From: an uncultured Actinomycetota bacterium
GTDB lineage: Bacteria > Actinomycetota > Actinomycetes > Actinomycetales > Quadrisphaeraceae
Direction: 5' to 3'
NCBI GenBank assembly: GCA_963781365.1
Contig: CAWAFR010000001.1
Span: forward strand, 57,481-121,480
Length of the DNA: 64,000 nucleotides
Position 1 is the stretch's first letter. Each line of letters opens with the position of its first letter. The translations under genes were made by a program, and so were the position numbers. Below the pieces are notes generated by a model that saw only the letters and a list, made by a program, of their open reading frames with translations, was not told the origin of the DNA and searched no databases. Shown in pieces: positions 29,910-38,648 of the stretch.

Positions 29910-30929
29910 ATGAGCAGCATCGACGGCGTCGTCAAGGTCGGGCTCATCGGCGGCGGCGGGCATCGCCACCGCCCACATCGCGCGGCTACGCGGCGTCGCG
30001 GACCAGATCATCCGGTCGCCGCGGTCGCCGACGCCGTCGAGGAGACCGCGCGCCGCGCGCGGCGAGGAGCTCGACGTCGCCGCACTTCACGGACTACGCG
30101 CGAGATGATCGCCGAGGCCGACGTCGACGCCGTCGACATCTGCCTGCCCCACCACCTGCACGCCGACGCGATCGTCGCGGCCGCCCAGGCCGGGCAAGCA
30201 CGTGCTGTGCGAGAAGCCGCTGTGCCTGACCCCCGAGGAGGCGCGTCCGGGTGCGCGAGGCGGTCAGCGCCGCCGGCGTGACGCTGATGTGCGCGCACAA
30301 CCAGCTGTTCCTGCCGGCCGTGGCGAAGGCCAAGGAGATCATCGAGGCGGGCACGCTCGGCACCGTCTACGAGGTGCGCACCACCGACAGCTTCTTCAAC
30401 GACTTCGACCCGGAGAACATGGGCTGGCGCGCCCACGCCAGCACCAGCGGCGGCGGAGAGCTCATCGACACCGGCTACCACCCGACCTACCTGATGCTGC
30501 ACCTGGCGGGCGGGGTGCCGGTGGAGGCGACGGCGATGCTGTCGACGCACCGCCTGAAGTTCATGGAGGGCGAGGACTCCGCCCAGGTGCTGGTGCGCTT
30601 CGACAACGGCGTCGTCGGCCAGCTGGTCACCAGCTGGGCCTACCAGCGCGGCCCACGGCACCGAGCGGTTCTCCGTGGTGGGCGAGCTCGGGTCGCTGAC
30701 CGCCGACGGGACGACGCTGCGCTACGACCTGCGCGACGGGCGAGTCCGAGACGCTCGAGTTCGACCCGGTCGACACCTTCGCCGCCGAGATCGGCCGCCT
30801 TCGCCCGCTGCCTGCGCGACGGGCACCCGGCCGATCCACACCGAGGTCGAGGGCATCGCCGTCCTCGGCATCATCCTGGCCGCCTACGAGGGGGCCCGGG
30901 AGAAGCGGACCGCCGCCGTCCAGCTCTGA
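29910..30929 (+). CDS. Gfo/Idh/MocA oxidoreductase; multiple frameshifts
   Basis: VGLIGGGG, VDICLPHHLH, LCEKPL, CAHNQLF, GGGELIDTGYHPTY, EGEDSA; GGAGG RBS. Confidence 0.85.
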
Positions 30930-30944
30930 CGGACCTGCTCCGGT

Positions 30945-30987
30945 GGTCCATGATCACGGTTCGTCGTGACGACCGTGATCATGGACC
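30945..30987. repeat. GTGATCATG-family perfect hairpin (16-bp arms, 11-nt loop)
   Basis: GGTCCATGATCACGGT-tcgtcgtgacg-ACCGTGATCATGGACC. Confidence 0.85.
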
Positions 30988-31029
30988 TCCCGTGCACCTC
31001 GGCTGCGTCCGCCGGTCCAGGATGGCCGG

Positions 31030-31509
31030 GTGAGCACTGAGCGCGTGCAGGCCTTCCTCGACGAGCGGCAGACCGGGCTGCGCGTCATCGAGCCGGACGT
31101 CGACACCCCCACCGTCCAGGCGGCCGCCGACGCCCTCGGCGTCGAGCCCGGGCAGATCGCCAAGACCCTCGCGCTGCGCGCCGGCGACCGCGTGGTGCTC
31201 GTCGTGGCCCGCGGTGACGCCCGGCTCGACAACGCGAAGTTCAAGGCCCGCTTCGGCGCCGAGCCCCGGATGCTCCCGGGCGAGGAGGCGCACGAGGTGA
31301 CCGGTCAGCCGGTCGGCGGCGTCAGCCCCTTCGGGCACCCCGAGCCGCTGGAGGTGCACTGCGACGAGTCGCTGCGCGCCTTCGACGTCGTGTACCCCGC
31401 CGGGGGCAGCCGCCGCTCGGCGGTGCGGATGGCGCCGTCGCAGCTCGGTGACCTCACCGGCGACCGGTGGGTCGACGTGATGCGGGGACCGGAGCAGCCG
31501 ACCGCGTGA
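31030..31509 (+). CDS. YbaK/EbsC (ProXp-type) aminoacyl-tRNA deacylase family protein
   Basis: TVQAAADALGVEPGQIAKTL, DARLDNAKFK, TGQPVGGVSPFG, VYPAGGS. Confidence 0.9.
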   Translation: MSTERVQAFLDERQTGLRVIEPDVDTPTVQAAADALGVEPGQIAKTLALRAGDRVVLVVARGDARLDNAKFKARFGAEPRMLPGEEAHEVTGQPVGGVSPFGHPEPLEVHCDESLRAFDVVYPAGGSRRSAVRMAPSQLGDLTGDRWVDVMRGPEQPTA

Positions 31510-31524
31510 GGATGCGGGTACCCG

Positions 31525-31582
31525 GGCGTGCCGAAGTCGCCCGGAGCGCCTGGATCCCCCGCGGTCAGGACTTCGGCACGCC
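31525..31582. repeat. Intergenic inverted repeat (hairpin family B, copy 2) between convergent genes
   Basis: GGCGTGCCGAAGTC-N30-GACTTCGGCACGCC, perfect 14-bp arms; similar to 12745-12803. Confidence 0.8.
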
Positions 31583-31642
31583 GGTGCACACGTCCGCCGC
31601 CCGCACGGGCTCAGTGGCTGCCCCGAGGCGGGAGCGCCGCCG

Positions 31643-32272
31643 TCAGTCGCGGTCGGGGTCGCGGTGCAGGGCGAGGAAGAGCGAGACCGGCGTCCCCTCC
31701 GGCGTCGGCGGGCGCGCGGCGAAATCGTCGAGCACCTCGTCGAGGCGGCGGCCCAGCTCGGCGCGTCCGGCCTCGTCGAGGCGCAGGCCGAGCCGGGCGA
31801 CGCGCAGGTCGACGTCCGGCGGGGGCGCGGCGTCGTCGCCGTCACCGCTGCGCTCCCCGAGCAGGGCGGGCAGCGTCTGCGTGAAGGCCTCGACCATGGC
31901 GCGCGCCGAGCGGTGCTCGTCGAGGGTCCAGGACTTGCGGGTGGCCCGGTAGGGCACGGAGCGGGCCCCGCGGCGGCCGCGGGTGGCGGGCAGCGGCTCG
32001 AGGAAGCCGGTGGCCACGAGGGTCCGCACGTGGTGCAGTGCCGTCGCCGCGTTGAGGCCGAGCCGCTCGGCGAGGGCGGCGTTGGTCAGCGGCGCGTCGA
32101 GGCACATCCGCAGCATCCGCAGCCGGACCGCGGAGGCCAGGGCCTTGGCCTCCGCGTCGGTCGCCACGCGCCGGCCGGGCGTCGGGGCCAGGGGCGAGAG
32201 CGCCGAGGGCGCCGGCGAGACCGGCGGGGGCTGCTCCGGCACGGTGAAGGGAAGGGGTTCGGCGGCTTCCAC
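31643..32272 (-). CDS. ArsR-like winged-helix regulator
   Basis: EAKALASAVRLRMLRMC...TNAALAERLGLNAATALHHVRTLVATGFL...PYRATRKSW; divergent from the MFS gene. Confidence 0.85.
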   Translation of the reverse strand: MEAAEPLPFTVPEQPPPVSPAPSALSPLAPTPGRRVATDAEAKALASAVRLRMLRMCLDAPLTNAALAERLGLNAATALHHVRTLVATGFLEPLPATRGRRGARSVPYRATRKSWTLDEHRSARAMVEAFTQTLPALLGERSGDGDDAAPPPDVDLRVARLGLRLDEAGRAELGRRLDEVLDDFAARPPTPEGTPVSLFLALHRDPDRD

Positions 32273-32338
32273 GGACCGACCCTAACGCGCAGCGACGAGT
32301 GATTGACTTCCCCCAACCACTGAGGCGAGGCTGCTGCC

Positions 32339-33616
32339 GTGACCTCGCCCCCCGGGCTCCTGCGCTCCGCCGAGGGGCGGGACTTCCGCCGGCTCTGGGC
32401 CGGAGACACCGTCTCCCAGTCAGCGGTGCAGGTGGGCGACCTCGTCGTCCCCCTCCTCGCCGTGACCGTGCTCGCGGCGTCGCCGCTGCAGATGGGCGTG
32501 CTCACCGCCGCCCAGAGCGCCGCGTTCCTCGTGCTGGGGCTGCCCGCGGGGGCGTGGGTCGACCGGTGGTCGAAGCGACGGGTGCTGCTGCTGGCCAACC
32601 TCGCGCGGGCGCTCGCCCTCGCCGTCCTGCCGCTGGCCTGGTGGGCGGGCATGCTCTCGCTGCCGCTGGTGGTGGCGGTCGCCGCCGCCGTCGGCGTCGC
32701 GACGCTCTTCTTCGACGTCGCCCACCAGAGCTTCCTGCCGTCGCTCGTGCGACCCGAGCGCCTCGGCGAGGGCAACTCCCTGCTGCAGGTCTCCGCCTCG
32801 GTGGCGCAGGTGGCGGGCCCCGCGGCGGGCGGGTGGCTCGCGCGGCTGCTGGGTGCGCCGCTGGCCGTCGGCGTCTCCGCGGTGGCCTTCGTCGCCTCCA
32901 GCGGGCTGGTCGCGCGGATCGACGCCGGTGCCGAGACCCCGCCGGACCCGGCGGTGCGCCGGCCCCTGCGCACCGAGGTCGCCGAGGGGCTGTCGTTCGT
33001 CGTCCACCAGCCGCTGCTGCGCCGGATCGTCGTGACCACGGGCACCAGCAACCTCGCGGGCAGCGCCACCAGCGCCCTGCTGGTGCTCTACGCCGTGCGC
33101 GGCCTCGGGCTCTCGGAGGGGCAGCTCGGGACGGCGTTCGGCATCGGCGCGGTCGGGGCGCTGGTGGGGGCGCTCGTCGTGCAGCCCGTGGTGCGACGCG
33201 TCGGCGAGGGCCGCACCATCGCGCTGGCGCTGCTGCCGGCCCTCCCCGCCGGGGCGCTGGTGCCGCTCGCGGGCCCGCTGGTGGCCAGCGGGACGGTCGG
33301 GGACGCCGGTGCGACGGCGCTGCTCGCGGTCTCGGGCGCCGTGTTCGGCGTCAGCGTCGTGCTCTACAACGTGGCGCAGGTGACCTTCCGCCAGCGCATC
33401 ACGCCGACGCCGCTGCTGGGCCGGATGAACGCCTCGGTGCGGTTCGTGGTCTGGGGCACGATGCCGGTCGGCGCGCTGCTCGGCGGCCTGCTCGGCGAGC
33501 GGCTGGGGCTGGTGCCGACGCTGTGGGCGGCGCTGGCGGTCGAGGCGCTGGCCTGCCTGCCGGTGCTCCTGAGCCCCCTCGTGCGGCAGGGACCCGAACC
33601 CCCTTCCCCGCGGTGA
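32339..33616 (+). CDS. MFS transporter (DHA3/H+ antiporter-like)
   Basis: DFRRLWAGDTVS, GLPAGAWVDRWSKRRVL, FFDVAHQSFLPSLV, RQRITPTPLLGRMNAS. Confidence 0.92.
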   Translation: MTSPPGLLRSAEGRDFRRLWAGDTVSQSAVQVGDLVVPLLAVTVLAASPLQMGVLTAAQSAAFLVLGLPAGAWVDRWSKRRVLLLANLARALALAVLPLAWWAGMLSLPLVVAVAAAVGVATLFFDVAHQSFLPSLVRPERLGEGNSLLQVSASVAQVAGPAAGGWLARLLGAPLAVGVSAVAFVASSGLVARIDAGAETPPDPAVRRPLRTEVAEGLSFVVHQPLLRRIVVTTGTSNLAGSATSALLVLYAVRGLGLSEGQLGTAFGIGAVGALVGALVVQPVVRRVGEGRTIALALLPALPAGALVPLAGPLVASGTVGDAGATALLAVSGAVFGVSVVLYNVAQVTFRQRITPTPLLGRMNASVRFVVWGTMPVGALLGGLLGERLGLVPTLWAALAVEALACLPVLLSPLVRQGPEPPSPR

Positions 33617-33634
33617 TCATGCAGTCCCGCCACC
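33599..33634 (+). repeat. GTGATCATG-family half copy providing the MFS stop codon
   Basis: CCCCCTTCCCCGCGG-TGA-TCATGCAGTCCCGCCACC. Confidence 0.8.
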
Positions 33635-34403
33635 TCACCAGCGCTCGCGCAGCCAGGCCAGGGCCACCGCGCCCTGCGCGGCCTGGAACGCCCGCAACCG
33701 CGGCAGCCCGTCGGGGACGGGACGGCGGGCGGCGTCGAGGAAGAAGCCGGTCGGGTGGGACGAGCAGGTTGTCGGCGCGGACGTCGGTGTGGACGAGCCG
33801 GTCACCAGCGAGGGCTGCGGCCCCGCGGTGGCCGAGGTCGGCGAGCTCGTCGAGGTGCGCGGTGACCCACGGGTCGAGTGCAGGGTCGAGCGCCGGAGCA
33901 GGATCGGCGGCCAGGCGGGCGAAGCCGTCGAGGTCGTCGGCGAGCTCGGCCTCAGCCGCCGGCAGGTGGTCCGCGAGGGCTCCCACCGGGACGTGCGCGC
34001 TGACGGCGGCCAGGGCCGCGAGGGCCGCGTCGGGCTCGTCGCGCCACCACGGCAGGTGCGGGGTGCGCCCGTCCACGTCGTCGGTGACGAGCGCCAGCCA
34101 CCCGTCCACCTCGAGCACCGCGCGGAGCGCGGGCACCGGCAGCTCGGGCGGCAGGAGCGAGAGGATGATGGACTCGCGGCGGTGCAGGTCGGCGCAGCCC
34201 GGGTGGCGCTGGGCGTCCACGGCCTTGACGAAGGCCCGCTCCCCCACCTCGGTGCCGACGCGGTCCGCGGAGCCCGGCGAGAACCCGCCCGCCTGCGACC
34301 GCGCCGCGACGACGGGCGAGCCCAGCTCCCGCCCGACGGCGTCGCGCAGCGCACCCGGCAGATCACCCCACCCCGGTCTGCCCCCGCCCTCGCCCCTCAC
34401 CAC
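33635..34403 (-). pseudogene. APH/choline-kinase-like phosphotransferase with internal deletion and frameshift
   Basis: SQAGGFSPG, AFVKA, LHRRE, LVHTDVRADNLL, then a jump to GFFLDAARRP...LRAFQAAQG; the downstream DW metal-binding segment is absent. Confidence 0.65.
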
Positions 34404-34469
34404 GCCAGGGTCGCGGACGGTGGTGAGGCGGTGCCAGCGGCTTCCCCCTCACAGGGCGGGTGGCCGGGG

Positions 34470-35918
34470 TCAGCGGCTCAGCACCCGCACGGTCGCGCGC
34501 ACCGGCCCCGTCACCTCCACCGCCGCCACGGCCGTCGCGGCGAGGTCGCTGCTGGCCGCGGCGCGGCCGTCGCTGCTGAAGACCTCCACGATGCCGGCGT
34601 CGACCACCACGTCGGCCCACTCGGCCGTCGGCGCCTCGGGCACCCACGAGCCGTCGACGAGCCGGTCACCGGTGGAGGTGCCGAAGCGCGAGAGGTCCAC
34701 CAGCGTGCGCCGCCCGTCCGGTGCGACGAGCACCAGGCTGCTGGCGGCCAGGGCCGCGGCGCCCCCGCCGCCGGCGGTGTCGTCGGGCACCTGCAGCGAG
34801 ACCACCACCGCGCGCTCCGGCTGCGGCAGGGCGACCGTGCCGCTGAGCTCGTCGAGCTCGACGACGACGTCCCCCGCCAGCGCCAGCACCTCGGCCGCGG
34901 GTGACTGCTGCAGGCGCCCGCCGACCACGCGCCAGCGGCGAGGCAGCGACTGGGCGCCGACGCTGCTGCGGCCCTCGCTCGCCGGGTCGTCCTGGGTGCG
35001 CAGCCACCCGAAGGCCAGACGGCGGCCGTCCGCGGCGGTGTACGACTGCGGTGCGTAGAACCGCGACCCCAGGTCGAGCGCGCCGCGGTGGTCCGGCTCG
35101 AAGCGCGGCGGCCGGCCCTGGGTGACGACGAGGCGCCCGGTCAGCCACAGCGCGCCGGAGGAGTGGTGGTGCTCGGCGTCGGCGTCCTTGGAGTACCACG
35201 ACAGGACCACCACCAGCTGCTCGCCGCCGAGGTCACCGGGCAGGTCGCCGACGGGGGCGAAGACGTCGGGGCACTCGAAGACGTGGGCGTCCAGGCCCGC
35301 GGCGGCGGCGTCGAGGAGGACGCCCTCGTAGTGCCAGTCGCGCAGCTCGGGGTCGGTGGTGGCGTAGGACAGCAGGCGCCCCGCGCCGTCGTGCCCGGCG
35401 GTGCCGGCGGCGACCAGCTGCCGCCAGTGCGGCCGCCCCCCGGCGTCGCGGGTGCGCAGCACGGTGTGGTCGCGCCAGTCGGTGAGCGGGGGGTCCAGCG
35501 GGGGCCAGTCGGCGATCACCGGCTCGTGGTCGGCGCGCCAGCTGCTCAGCGCGTCGTCGGTGGCGACGGCGCGGACGGCGGTGGCCCGGCTCGGGCCGCC
35601 CTCCTCGGGCGGCAGGACGCCGGTGTACAGGACGGCGCGCCGCCCCTCGGGCAGCTCGACGGCGCACCCCGACCAGCAGCCGCCGGCGTCGGCGGAGCCG
35701 GGGGTGGGAGCGAGCGCCGTGGGGTGCTCGGTCCAGGTGACGAGGTCGGTGCTGGTGGCGTGCCCCCAGCGCATGACGCCGAAGGTGGGTGCCTCGGGGT
35801 GGTGCTGGAAGAACAGGTGGTGCACCCCGTCGACCTCCACCAGACCGTTGGGGTCGTTCATCCAGCCGGTGGCGGGCGTCAGGTGGAGCAGGTGCGGGGA
35901 GGAGGACACCCGTGCCAT
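34470..35918 (-). CDS. Glycoside hydrolase family 32 (beta-fructosidase-like), cytoplasmic
   Basis: WMNDPNG, HLFFQH, WGHATSTDL, WSGCA, RDH (RDP variant), FECPD, FYAPQS. Confidence 0.9.
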   Translation of the reverse strand: MARVSSSPHLLHLTPATGWMNDPNGLVEVDGVHHLFFQHHPEAPTFGVMRWGHATSTDLVTWTEHPTALAPTPGSADAGGCWSGCAVELPEGRRAVLYTGVLPPEEGGPSRATAVRAVATDDALSSWRADHEPVIADWPPLDPPLTDWRDHTVLRTRDAGGRPHWRQLVAAGTAGHDGAGRLLSYATTDPELRDWHYEGVLLDAAAAGLDAHVFECPDVFAPVGDLPGDLGGEQLVVVLSWYSKDADAEHHHSSGALWLTGRLVVTQGRPPRFEPDHRGALDLGSRFYAPQSYTAADGRRLAFGWLRTQDDPASEGRSSVGAQSLPRRWRVVGGRLQQSPAAEVLALAGDVVVELDELSGTVALPQPERAVVVSLQVPDDTAGGGGAAALAASSLVLVAPDGRRTLVDLSRFGTSTGDRLVDGSWVPEAPTAEWADVVVDAGIVEVFSSDGRAAASSDLAATAVAAVEVTGPVRATVRVLSR

Positions 35919-35937
35919 CCCACCACCGCGCCGCGGC

Positions 35938-36222
35938 TCAGCCGGCCTTGGGGCGCGCGGTGGGGACGACGGCGACCGGCCCCGGCACGAGCCGCGCCCA
36001 GCCGACCCCGGTCCAGACGTGGCTGGCCCGGCCCGTCCAGGACCCGCAGGTGAGGTCGATGACCTCCTGGGGCGGCACGTCGGGGTCGAGGAAGAGGTGC
36101 CCCGGCAGCGGTTGCTGCACGACCTCGAGGGCGTGGGCGCCGCGGCTCGCGGGGACCTCGGCACGTTCACGGCGGACGCGCGGGATGCGCGGCGCGCGAG
36201 GGGCGCGGTCGGAGCGGGTCAC
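35938..36222 (-). CDS. Small hypothetical protein
   Basis: TACCCT -10 six nt before GTG36222; fills the gap co-directionally; HLFLDPDVPPQEVIDLTCGSW...HVWTGVGW. Confidence 0.45.
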   Translation of the reverse strand: MTRSDRAPRAPRIPRVRRERAEVPASRGAHALEVVQQPLPGHLFLDPDVPPQEVIDLTCGSWTGRASHVWTGVGWARLVPGPVAVVPTARPKAG

Positions 36223-36293
36223 GCTGGGAGGGTAGATCGCAGCAGCCGCCCTCCGAGGGAGGTTCAGGACAGCCGCTCGGCGTCGTCGTCGCG

Positions 36294-36740
36294 TCACCCC
36301 TGGGCGAGGCGCCTCTCGAGCAGCTCCTCGAGGGCGATGGAGTCTCCGTCGCGACCGCCCCGGCCCCACACCAGCGGCGGGTCGCTGGGCCTCACGCGGA
36401 CCCCGCGGAGGCGGGCCGCGATCCGCTCGGTGGTGCTCAGCGGGCCGCCGAGCAGGTAGAACGCGCCGTCCTCCCCGACGCCCGCGCGGCCGTCGCGCCG
36501 CAGCACCCACCCGGTCACCCCGGTGCGGTAGCTGGCGCCGGTGCCGTCGACTGCCCGCAGCTCCTCGGTGGGGATCCCGGCGGCACGGGCCCGGGCGACG
36601 AAGGCGGCGACCTGCTCGCGCGCCACCGCGACCTCGGCGGCCTCGGCGCGGGCGAGGCGGTCGGCCTGCGCCTCCGCCGCGGCCCGCCGGCGGGCGACCC
36701 ACTCCGGGTCTCGCGCGTCGCCCGGGTCGGCGCCGTCCAC
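36294..36740 (-). CDS. Hypothetical protein
   Basis: Coding-like ORF starting 1 nt after the GH43 stop; YRTGVTGWVLRRDG...PPLVWGRGGRDGDSIAL. Confidence 0.75.
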   Translation of the reverse strand: MDGADPGDARDPEWVARRRAAAEAQADRLARAEAAEVAVAREQVAAFVARARAAGIPTEELRAVDGTGASYRTGVTGWVLRRDGRAGVGEDGAFYLLGGPLSTTERIAARLRGVRVRPSDPPLVWGRGGRDGDSIALEELLERRLAQG

Positions 36741-36741
36741 C

Positions 36742-37779
36742 TCAGACCCGCCGGCCGACGACGCGCAGCCCGTCCGGTGCGGCGACGACGTCGTGCACCT
36801 CGGCGCGCACCCTCGGGGTGTTCATGCCGCGGTGCAGCACGAGCACCAGGTCTCCCTCGTGGGTGGTCAGGAGCATCCCGTGGCCGGCGTTGCCACCCAC
36901 CAGCACCTCGCCCTGCTCCCACGGCCCGAGCAGCGACCCGGACGGCGAGATGGCCTGCGTCTCGACGTGGTCCCCGGTCGAGACGGCGCTGCTGGGGCGG
37001 TCGGACGACCACAGCATCGCGAGCGCGCCTCCGGGCAGGCGGTGCAGCTGCGGGCCGTCCGTCACGTACGGAGCGAGGGCCTCCGCCGAGGGCGCGAAGG
37101 ACCGGTACCAGGGCGCCTCGGACGCGCGGAAGAGGTGGACGGGCGGGCCCGCGGCGCCGGTGAGGTCCTCGCGCAGCGGCACCGCCTCGACGGTGCCGTC
37201 GAGCACCTGCACCCACTCGTGCGCGTACACGAGCCACGGCGCGCCGTCGTCGTCGCGGGTCAGCGTGCCGTCCAGGGCCGTGAAGCCCTCGGGGGTGTGG
37301 GCGCGCTCGGGGTCGAGCAGGGTGAAGGGGCCCAGCGGGTCGTCGGCGACGGCGAGCACCGTGCCGCGGCGCACGGGCTCCAGCGGCTGGGTGCCCTCCA
37401 GGTGGACCCGGGTGCCGCGCTGGTGGACCGGGCCGAGCAGCTCGGCGGGCTGGTGCAGCGTGGTGGCGAGCACGAAGCGGTCACCCCAGGCGTGCACCTC
37501 GGGGGCCCACGGCGCGTGCGCCGGGTCGGCCCAGCAGCCGTCCGGCACCGTGAAGACCGGTGTCGGGGAGCCCCAGCGCCGGAGGTCCGGGCTCCACCAG
37601 GCCAGCACCCCCGCACCTCCCGGAGCGGGGTGGTCGGCGGCGTCGACCCCGTCGGGCAGGGAGCGCGCCCACCGCGTGGAGTCGAACGAGGTGCAGAGCA
37701 GGTACCCGCCCTCGACGGCGAGGACCCACGGGTCGTGGCACGGCACGTCGTCGAGCGGTCGCAGGTCGTCGGCGGCCAC
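36742..37779 (-). CDS. Glycoside hydrolase family 43
   Basis: HDPWV, WAPEVH, LDGTL, LVYAHEWVQ, VTDGP, GHGML. Confidence 0.85.
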   Translation of the reverse strand: MAADDLRPLDDVPCHDPWVLAVEGGYLLCTSFDSTRWARSLPDGVDAADHPAPGGAGVLAWWSPDLRRWGSPTPVFTVPDGCWADPAHAPWAPEVHAWGDRFVLATTLHQPAELLGPVHQRGTRVHLEGTQPLEPVRRGTVLAVADDPLGPFTLLDPERAHTPEGFTALDGTLTRDDDGAPWLVYAHEWVQVLDGTVEAVPLREDLTGAAGPPVHLFRASEAPWYRSFAPSAEALAPYVTDGPQLHRLPGGALAMLWSSDRPSSAVSTGDHVETQAISPSGSLLGPWEQGEVLVGGNAGHGMLLTTHEGDLVLVLHRGMNTPRVRAEVHDVVAAPDGLRVVGRRV

Positions 37780-37845
37780 GGTCCTCCTCCGTCGGCGGGG
37801 TGGGTCCGCAGGCTAGCGAGCGGCCCGTCGCCCGCGGCTCCGGGC

Positions 37846-38363
37846 TCAGGCCAGGTCGACCTTCTCGTTCTCCCCGCCGGAGGGCTGCTGCCCCGTCAGC
37901 TTCGCCTTCGCGAACGCCAGCACCGTCGCCACGCGGCCGCCGGGGGTGTCCCAGTACTCCGCGGACCCGCCTCGACGGTGATGAGGACGATGCCGTCGTC
38001 GTCGCGGCCGTCGGGGAACCACGCCTCCACGAACGGGTTCCACAGCTCGCGCTTCTTCGCGTCGTCGGCGACGAGCCGGGCCTGGCCGGTCAGCGAGACC
38101 CAGGTGCTGGCGGAGCTGACGGTGACGTTGACCTGCGGGTGCGCGGCGAGGTGCGCGACCTTGCGGGAGCTGCGCTCGGCGAAGAACCACAGGTCGCCGT
38201 CGAAGTCCGTGGCCTGGATCGCCATCGGCCGGCTCATGAGGGTGCCGTCGGGCGCGGTCGTGGTGAACATGGCCTGGCGCTCGTCGGAGAGCAGCTCCGC
38301 GACCTTGCGGGTGCGGTCGGCGTCGGCGCTGCTGGTGCTGCTGGTGCTGCTGGTGTCGGTCAT
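37846..38363 (-). CDS. Pyridoxamine 5'-phosphate oxidase-like general stress protein; frameshift near 37968
   Basis: AMFTT, LMSRPMA, DGDLWFF, VNV, WVSLTG, ELWNPFVEAWF, AEYWDTPGG. Confidence 0.85.
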
Positions 38364-38419
38364 GACCCGCCCCTACCCGCTCCGGGGCGCGCGAGTCCCG
38401 CGTCCGCGAGGATGACCGG

Positions 38420-38629
38420 GTGTTCCCGCTGCCCGAGGGCGTGCCCGTCTGGCTCATCGCGCTGGTCCCGCTGGCCGTGCTCGCCGTCGTCGTGACGAAC
38501 CTCGTCGTGCGCAGCCGCCGCGGGGAGTTCGGGCGCGACGAGAGCGGACGGCGCCGGGCGCCCTGGCTGTGGCCGGTGCTCGTCGCGGTCGGGGCGTTCG
38601 CCGTCCTGAAGCTGATCACCGACCGCTGA
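38420..38629 (+). CDS. Small two-TM membrane protein
   Basis: Two hydrophobic segments; GAGGAT -10 six nt before GTG. Confidence 0.6.
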   Translation: MFPLPEGVPVWLIALVPLAVLAVVVTNLVVRSRRGEFGRDESGRRRAPWLWPVLVAVGAFAVLKLITDR

Positions 38630-38648
38630 GGGCCCCGCCCACTCGTCG

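Noticed and set aside
32299-35058. Very long alternative-frame and antisense ORFs (e.g. 919 aa here, 929 aa at 41638-44427)
   Set aside because: Arg/Pro/Ala-rich shadows of real genes, expected from stop-codon scarcity at this GC content
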